From an uncultured Clostridia bacterium (GTDB lineage Bacteria > Bacillota > Clostridia > Christensenellales > UBA1242): a DNA stretch of 63,492 bases. The notes under the pieces are model-generated. The model made no database searches. It was given only the letters and a program-made list of their open reading frames with translations, and was not told the DNA's origin. Made by a program: the position numbers and the translations under genes. Positions within the stretch are counted from its first letter, which is position 1; every line of letters starts with the position of its first letter. This document shows positions 8,339 through 13,920 of this stretch, piece after piece. The DNA is taken from NCBI GenBank assembly GCA_937893125.1, contig CALBHW010000025.1, positions 1-63,492 of the forward strand, given 5' to 3'.

Positions 8339-8516
8339 GCTACCCTCTCCCCCCTTCGGGGTACTCCCCCTTACGCGTCGAGCCACGCCCGCTTGTTCGG
8401 GTTGCTATCGCAACCACTCAACTTATGGGCGGGCTCTCCTTTTCCCCAAAAATTTCGTAAAGCGTATGCTTTACTGCTATTTTTGGGGACCCCTTTCTTG
8501 GTGCCAAGGGGGTAGT
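8339..8516 (-). repeat. GC-rich structured repeat element, copy B
   Basis: 178 nt with the same architecture as copy A. It lies 8 nt after the stop of the 222-aa gene and about 60 nt before the signal peptidase start. Confidence 0.65.
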
Positions 8517-8523
8517 AAATTTA

Positions 8524-9192
8524 TTACTCCACAACTGTCGCACCGCCGATGGTGTCGGAGTTGGCAAGTGACCAGTTAAGGCTCGCGTCACCTAAACTTT
8601 CGTAAACTGCCCCAGTGTACAATTTGTCAATTTCTACAAGAATATAAAAATATGCACTATTCCCAGCATATACAAGTTGCGATAGCGTAGACTCTGTCGT
8701 CGACCCTTGCGTTTTAATCGTGCTTGCTCCGTCAATCATTGTCGCAAACGACAACTCAGTCCCCGACGCATAATACCATACATTTACATTTGACTTGTTC
8801 GACGCGTCAGCAACCGTAACAAGCAAATCGTGTCCCCCGCTTGGATTATTATTAGTAAATTTGTATGTAAACAAAGCATAAGAATTACTTTTACTTAGCG
8901 CGACCGATTGTGGCGTTTGCAAAGTCGCAGTCGTACTCGATTGCTCCAATCCAAATTTTACACTCGTTGTCTTGCCGTCCGCGCCAACTAAATTTGTCTT
9001 TTCTATATTTGCTTCCGTTTGATATACGGCACTCGCTGTCGCATTAACATGTACCGCGTTGTACCTAATAACTAAGTTGCTCGACACACCTTGCGTCGAC
9101 GCAGATAAAACTATCACAACTGTCATCACTGACACCGCGACTACACATACTAGCGTAAATATTGATAATACAATTTTTCTTGTTGATGACAT
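8524..9192 (-). CDS. Small secreted or membrane-anchored protein of unknown function (leader related to that of the DGR target)
   Basis: 222 aa with an N-terminal hydrophobic segment followed by SASTQG...VIRYNA. The target protein has WGATQM...EITYSA at the same place. The remainder is Ser/Thr/Asn-rich and looks beta-rich. Confidence 0.7.
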   Translation of the reverse strand: MSSTRKIVLSIFTLVCVVAVSVMTVVIVLSASTQGVSSNLVIRYNAVHVNATASAVYQTEANIEKTNLVGADGKTTSVKFGLEQSSTTATLQTPQSVALSKSNSYALFTYKFTNNNPSGGHDLLVTVADASNKSNVNVWYYASGTELSFATMIDGASTIKTQGSTTESTLSQLVYAGNSAYFYILVEIDKLYTGAVYESLGDASLNWSLANSDTIGGATVVE

Positions 9193-9458
9193 AATTTACA
9201 TCCTTTTGTGTGGAATTTTTTTTATTTCAACTTTCTATCTTATTCTTACTCCCCCTTGTAAGGGGGAGTAAAAACTGAAATTAGTTTCTACTAGGGTTCC
9301 CTTCACCGTTTTTTGTATATCCCTTTATTTTTAAAAATTTTCGACCCCCTTAGGGGGGGTATATTTTTAAAGTGGTCGTCACTTATGTTTAAGTGGGGCT
9401 TGGGATTTTTTCGTTTATTGCAGGCGTGGTAGCCTGCACGAAAAAAAGCCTTCGCCCC

Positions 9459-9480
9459 CTGGGGGATCTTAATCCCCCAG
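9459..9480 (-). other. GC hairpin immediately 3' of the VR (DGR retrohoming-type hairpin/cruciform)
   Basis: The minus strand reads CTGGGGGAT-TAAG-ATCCCCCAG: a 9-bp stem and 4-nt loop, about 10 nt past the end of TR/VR homology and 5 nt past the stop codon. Confidence 0.65.
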
Positions 9481-9484
9481 CCCC

Positions 9485-11863
9485 CTAGCTAGAGATAAGG
9501 GAAGGACGAAAGCCGATACCAACAAGCGTATGCGCTAGAGCATTGTCAACACATATACAGAACAGCCCAGCATCGTAACCGCTATTAACAGTACCACCGC
9601 GCAGGACACCATAAATGTAATCGGTTGACGTATTAACCCAATAGTAATCGCATCGTCCAGTTGTAGCGCTTCCGTCAGAACCAGCACTTGTAGGCACGCC
9701 TACAAGTTGCTCCAAAGCGCCTTCAGAGACGATGTTAGAAGTCCCGTTGTAACGAGACTTATATCCCCCTTCCGTTGGAAGGGTGTAAGACAATTCGACA
9801 TAATTTCTATCTTTTAAATCCGCTTTTTTGTTTGCATATTCGCCCGAATAGGAGTTAAAAAGCCAATTTGAGCCGTTAAAATCGTCAAAATTGACGAACA
9901 TATGCATACTTGTTCCGCCATTTGAGACGACGGCTTGACCAAACGACCATTCCCACACATTGCCCCAAGGGTTGCAAATTCCTAGGCAAAACACGCTTGA
10001 ATATCTATCCGTCCCCACAAAGCCGTCAGAAAGAACGCGTCTAGTGACGCTTGAGCCACTGGAAGCGATATTTTTGACCATAAATTGTGAAGAATAGAGT
10101 CCCGTTGGGTCGGAGCCGTTGCTGAGAGAGTTTGTGTTCGTGTAATTATAGGAAAAGCCGTAAGACAAGGTAGAATTTGAATAAGTTGTGACTGTTCCGC
10201 CTGGTTTTTCGGATTCATAATATCTTGCGTAATCTGTTCTATCGGCGTATTGGCTATTTGCGTCATAGTTCCAAGTACAGCCATAGCCGACCATTTCTTG
10301 AGAGTTATTGTTTGCATATTTTACAAGGTACAAAAGGTCGTAAGCGTACATTTTCCAATTTTCGCCTTGGACGCCCTTAACCTTTTTATATGACGACGCA
10401 AGGCTACTAGAATTCCACCTATTAGTCAAAGTTGTCATATAAGATTGCATAGTTTGTTGGTTAGTTGAGTTGCCTTTTACGCCCGCGGTGTCGGAATATC
10501 CCGACCAATTGTTAAGCGCGTAATTTATGCTACCACTTGTCAAAGGTCCCGCTTCGAAAGTTGCGATATAAGAGCGTGGGACATCTGATGTAGTTTTGTC
10601 TGGGTTAAAGAGGGTTGCTTCAAAAGTTGCAAGGTAAAACTCGTCAATTTTTACGCTACCCGTGAAGAATTTGTCTGACAAACTTTGCCATTGTCTATCC
10701 CCGACCACCCAACGGCGAAGGTACATAGTAGGATAATATGTGTAGCAGTCGACAGCGGAAAAGGTCGTTTGTGCAGTCAATTTTCTACCGCTTGCGAGTG
10801 TTCTTCCCGCTGGCAAGGTTACGCTTCTTCCAAACCATTCAAAAGGATATGTCGGGTCGGACAACTTCCCTATTATTTCGCCCGTTGCTAAGTCGACATT
10901 AACAATGTCAATGTCTTTATAGACGACCGCGTCAAGGTAGTCGTCTTGTCCATAAGTGATATTTGGGTTGCCCAAACTATTTTTATTTTGCAAGAAGCCC
11001 GCGATGTTGCTTAGACTTGTTTCGTTAACCTTTGTTGCAGTTGCGTTTAGGGTTGCGTTGTAACCATATTTTGTCCAACTAGGGTCAGTTTGGTCAATGT
11101 CTTGATAAATACTTAAAATGTCGTTTGAAGTGTATTGAATATCTGCCATAAAGGAGACTGAGACGACGAAAGAAGTCGACTCTACTTGCCAAACGGACGA
11201 ATCATATGTTGAGTTTAATTTAATTGAGACTTTTATAACATAAGTGTCGTTTTGGTCGATGCTTGAATTGCTTTGGAAAGCAGTCAAGGTGCTATTTGAC
11301 ACATAGCCTTTAACTGCTGAGACATAGGAAGTTGCGCTGTAATTTGGTTTCATAGCAAGCAAGTCGCTCATACCTTCTGTGTAGTTATAATAATATTGGT
11401 CGGTTATGAAGTCTAGATACGATACATTTGGCGAGATTGTAACATTAGGCAAAATATATCTATCTCCGATATTTTTGATGAAGACCATAAGTTCAATTGA
11501 TTTACTTGTATCTTCGAGCGGGAAAGTCCCCAAATCGCAAGTAATGCCCGAGAGTTCGTTCTCTTTCCCCGACACGGTGTAGACATTGTCATTTGACGAC
11601 CCGCTCCCACCCGTCATTGTCATCCACGAAGCGTTACCCGCAGTCGAGCCAGAATTAAGGGAGTATGTTCCCCAAATTTTGGCACCGATTTCGGTCGCAG
11701 AATATGTAATTTCGCCTTGCATTCTAAGATACATTTGGGTTGCGCCCCAAATCTCAGCGGTTGCAATAAAACCGATGACAAATGCTAATATAAAAAATAA
11801 TACTGATTTTGCTCTTCTCACCCTTGTTTCCACAGACTTTTTCCCTAACCTTTTAAAGTACAA
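9485..11863 (-). CDS. DGR variable (target) protein: N-terminal leader/TM plus C-terminal FGE-sulfatase/C-type-lectin-fold domain carrying the VR
   Basis: 792 aa with a TTG start (GTG alternatives 27-39 nt downstream). The GNVWEW motif and the terminal ...GGTVNSGYDAGLFCICVDNALAHTLVGIGFRPSLISS match the CLec-fold VR pattern. The last 120 nt are the VR. Confidence 0.9.
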   Translation of the reverse strand: MYFKRLGKKSVETRVRRAKSVLFFILAFVIGFIATAEIWGATQMYLRMQGEITYSATEIGAKIWGTYSLNSGSTAGNASWMTMTGGSGSSNDNVYTVSGKENELSGITCDLGTFPLEDTSKSIELMVFIKNIGDRYILPNVTISPNVSYLDFITDQYYYNYTEGMSDLLAMKPNYSATSYVSAVKGYVSNSTLTAFQSNSSIDQNDTYVIKVSIKLNSTYDSSVWQVESTSFVVSVSFMADIQYTSNDILSIYQDIDQTDPSWTKYGYNATLNATATKVNETSLSNIAGFLQNKNSLGNPNITYGQDDYLDAVVYKDIDIVNVDLATGEIIGKLSDPTYPFEWFGRSVTLPAGRTLASGRKLTAQTTFSAVDCYTYYPTMYLRRWVVGDRQWQSLSDKFFTGSVKIDEFYLATFEATLFNPDKTTSDVPRSYIATFEAGPLTSGSINYALNNWSGYSDTAGVKGNSTNQQTMQSYMTTLTNRWNSSSLASSYKKVKGVQGENWKMYAYDLLYLVKYANNNSQEMVGYGCTWNYDANSQYADRTDYARYYESEKPGGTVTTYSNSTLSYGFSYNYTNTNSLSNGSDPTGLYSSQFMVKNIASSGSSVTRRVLSDGFVGTDRYSSVFCLGICNPWGNVWEWSFGQAVVSNGGTSMHMFVNFDDFNGSNWLFNSYSGEYANKKADLKDRNYVELSYTLPTEGGYKSRYNGTSNIVSEGALEQLVGVPTSAGSDGSATTGRCDYYWVNTSTDYIYGVLRGGTVNSGYDAGLFCICVDNALAHTLVGIGFRPSLISS
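9491..9610 (-). repeat. DGR variable repeat (VR)
   Basis: Aligns without gaps to 13588-13707. There are 23 mismatches, all at positions where TR has A on the coding (minus) strand: 20 in the core and 3 at the 3' edge. Confidence 0.92.
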
Positions 11864-12026
11864 TTATACTTACTACACTATATTTTACCTATTTGTCACC
11901 CCCGTGTCAATAAATTATATCCCAAATATACATAATACCCATTGTCAATTTAATCAAGTGAAATTGAGTAGGGGTAATGATTGGGGCTTGGTTGTATATA
12001 AATATCAAGTAATACTATCGGTTGGA

Positions 12027-12070
12027 CTACCCTATCCCCCCTTCGGGGTACTTCCCCTTACAAGGGGAAG
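12027..12070 (-). repeat. Truncated copy C of the structured repeat element
   Basis: ACTACCCTATCCCCCCTTCGGGGTACTTCCCCTTAC matches the first ~35 nt of copy B (33/35). It then joins directly to AAGGGGAAGCAAATTTATTA, which is related to the 3' end and flank of B, so the ~130-nt core is missing. Confidence 0.7.
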
Positions 12071-12326
12071 CAAATTTATTATATTGTTTAAGGCTCCCTT
12101 ATAAGGGGCAATAATCATACAACAAGTTACTTTCTTACTTCCCCTTACAAGGGGAAGCCTACTCCAATTGGCTTCTTACCCACTCTCCATTGTAAGGGGA
12201 AGCCTACTTAAACTTTTTTTTATTTACCCCCCTTATGACAAAGGGGGGTGGCGCGGTTAGCGTCGGAGGGATAGTAAAACTAAAGAACATTACTAATTGG
12301 GTGGTGAAATGAGATGGTTGAACTGG

Positions 12327-12372
12327 GGCGGTCGCGAGTTGGCGTTCGAAGAACAGTCTACTCGCGGTCGCC
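12327..12372 (-). repeat. Right copy of the inverted 46-49-bp repeat; itself a 12-bp hairpin
   Basis: GGCGGTCGCGAG-N22-CTCGCGGTCGCC, 11 nt after the RT stop codon. See 6768-6816. Confidence 0.7.
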
Positions 12373-12383
12373 TACAAGATACT

Positions 12384-13490
12384 CTATTCGACTTGCTGAA
12401 GAGCAATGCGCAAGGCTTCTTTCTCCGCTTTATTACGCAATTTATCGTGACGACTTATCGTAAAACGGCACTGCCCTACATTCACATATGGTTGCAAGTA
12501 TTTTAGATAAAATCTATTTCCGCTTGTTACTTTAATTCGCGCACTATAACTCATTATTGCGCTTGAATCGCGCGCGGTGAGATAATCCTTCTTATAAATC
12601 TTTCTAATGCGTCTAACGGCGCGCAAAAAGGTTTTTGACCGCATAGTAATATAGTTGCGATAAAATTTATATCCCAAAAAGTCGAGCGGGCGTCCACTTC
12701 CCTTTTTATCCGCGATTTTAAACACTTGCCAATTAGGTTTAATTGTCAAATGCTCATTATTTAGATATTTCTCAATTTCTTTTTGCCACTTACCTAATTT
12801 TCTCTTATTTGGTGAAAAGAAAACCATATCGTCCATATATCTAATATAGTGCGGAATTTTAAGTTGTTCTTTGACATAATGGTCGAAGTCTTGCAAGTAA
12901 AAATTGGCAAACCACTGACTAGTGTAGTTGCCGATTGGGACGCCCGACGGGACGGAACGGACGATAATTTTTATTAAATTTAATGTTTTTTGGTCTTTTA
13001 TAATGGTTTCAAACTTTTTAAGTAGCAAATCTTGGTCAATGCTTGGATAAAATTTGCGAACATCGCATATAAGGCAATATTTTGTGTTTCGCGGGTCGTT
13101 TTTTAACCATTTTTGAACCGTTTTAATACCATATGACGCGCCCCGATTGTCGACAGACGCGCAACAATAGTCATACATCCCGCGCATTAAAATAGGCTTA
13201 ATAACGAGCATTAGCGCCCATTGGACAATTTGGTCGGGGTAAAATTTGGGAATAAAAATTTCACGGATTTTGCCCGTGCATTTATCGTTTATAATTTTTG
13301 AAGAATATTTCATCGGCTTATACTTTTCGCGGAACAAAAGGTCGTGTAAAAGGGCGAGTTTTTGCTCTATATCACCCATAAAACGCTTTACATTCACTCT
13401 TTTACGCTTTCCCTTTGACGCGCAACGCGACGCCACTCTAAGGGTCGATAAGTCGATAATTTCATCATATAAATCTTTTACTCTTTTCAT
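12384..13490 (-). CDS. DGR reverse transcriptase
   Basis: 368 aa. Motif 4 PIGNYTSQWFANFYL (the [ILV]GxxxSQ of DGR RTs, in place of the QGxxxSP of group II/retron RTs). Motif 5 YIRYMDDMVFF. No maturase/endonuclease domains. AAGGGA RBS. The TR lies 98 nt upstream. Confidence 0.93.
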   Translation of the reverse strand: MKRVKDLYDEIIDLSTLRVASRCASKGKRKRVNVKRFMGDIEQKLALLHDLLFREKYKPMKYSSKIINDKCTGKIREIFIPKFYPDQIVQWALMLVIKPILMRGMYDYCCASVDNRGASYGIKTVQKWLKNDPRNTKYCLICDVRKFYPSIDQDLLLKKFETIIKDQKTLNLIKIIVRSVPSGVPIGNYTSQWFANFYLQDFDHYVKEQLKIPHYIRYMDDMVFFSPNKRKLGKWQKEIEKYLNNEHLTIKPNWQVFKIADKKGSGRPLDFLGYKFYRNYITMRSKTFLRAVRRIRKIYKKDYLTARDSSAIMSYSARIKVTSGNRFYLKYLQPYVNVGQCRFTISRHDKLRNKAEKEALRIALQQVE

Positions 13491-13587
13491 TGTGTCCCTT
13501 ATAATGTCTATCGGCGTTTCGGTCTCCTACTAAGCCAATTCTCTTGCGACAAATTTTTAGCGTATGCTACGGATAAAAGGTTGCTAA

Positions 13588-13707
13588 ATTTATAAGGGAA
13601 GGACGAAAGCCGATATTAACATTTGTATTCGTTAGATTATTGTTAACATTTATATAGAACAGCCCAGCATTGTTATTGTTATTTACATTACCACCGCGCA
13701 GGACACC
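13588..13707 (-). repeat. DGR template repeat (TR)
   Basis: The coding-sense translation GVLRGGNVNNNNNAGLFYINVNNNLTNTNVNIGFRPSLI is AAY-codon rich. It is not part of any ORF. It is the only other copy of the VR sequence that I could find by eye. Confidence 0.92.
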
Positions 13708-13853
13708 CCACATAAAACGAAGAAAATGGCTCGGAGAGCAACCAAATACCCATTTATATTATACCCCACACTTCCCTTTGTCCCCTAATAAATTTCTTGT
13801 CTACTTTTGTCTATTTTCGTCGAAGATTGACAAATTAAAAGGAAAAATAAAAA

Positions 13854-13902
13854 GGGCGGTCATATGCAAGCGTCCGAATGGACAGTTTGCGTATGGTCGC
13901 CC
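13854..13902 (-). terminator. Rho-independent terminator of rny
   Basis: Long hairpin GGGCGACCATACGCAA...TTGCATATGACCGCCC on the minus strand followed by a U-run, 19 nt after the rny stop. Confidence 0.75.
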
Positions 13903-13920
13903 GTAAAAATATTTGTTAAA

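Larger units (their letters stand above)
9459..13707 (-). mobile_element. Diversity-generating retroelement (TR - RT - spacer - target/VR - hairpin)
   Basis: The TR/VR adenine-specific mismatch pattern, an RT with IGNYTSQ (the IGxxxSQ DGR signature) and YMDD, Asn-codon-rich TR, and a hairpin flanking the VR. Confidence 0.92.

Noticed and set aside
6871-8516. Integron attC-like sites (GTTGGGC at 8334 and GTTGGAC at 12021 fit GTTRRRY)
   Set aside because: Copy A lacks the motif. There is no IntI-type integrase or attI. The elements are about 177 nt, with conserved internal helices rather than simple imperfect palindromes, and the gene orientation relative to the only recombinase is wrong for an integron.
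8235-8579. Plus-strand ORFs 8235-8579 and 11586-12104 share the peptide PPFGVLPLTR
   Set aside because: The shared peptide is a translation artefact of the repeated GC-rich element (copies B and C). Both ORFs run antisense across intergenic hairpins and gene ends and have no RBS.
9982-10317. Nested or antisense track ORFs inside long genes (for example 9982-10317, 11413-11610, 13929-14363, 7649-7975, 50028-50384)
   Set aside because: They overlap well-supported genes in other frames or on the opposite strand, have biased shadow-ORF composition and lack an RBS. I treated them as non-coding.
12051-12248. Repeated GC hairpins considered as a possible CRISPR array
   Set aside because: The repeats are palindromic hairpins with irregular spacing, only 2-3 copies are present, there are no unique spacers of constant length, and there are no cas genes in the window.
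12227-12248. CCCCCCTT-atgaca-AAGGGGGG hairpin considered as the RT terminator
   Set aside because: On the transcribed (minus) strand it is followed by an A-run, not a U-run. The T-run lies on the wrong side, so it does not fit an intrinsic terminator for the RT transcript.
12384-13490. The RT as a group II intron or retron RT
   Set aside because: There is no maturase/X or endonuclease domain, no intron domain V/VI-like RNA, and no msr/msd-type repeats. The IGxxxSQ motif plus the TR/VR pair explain it as a DGR RT.
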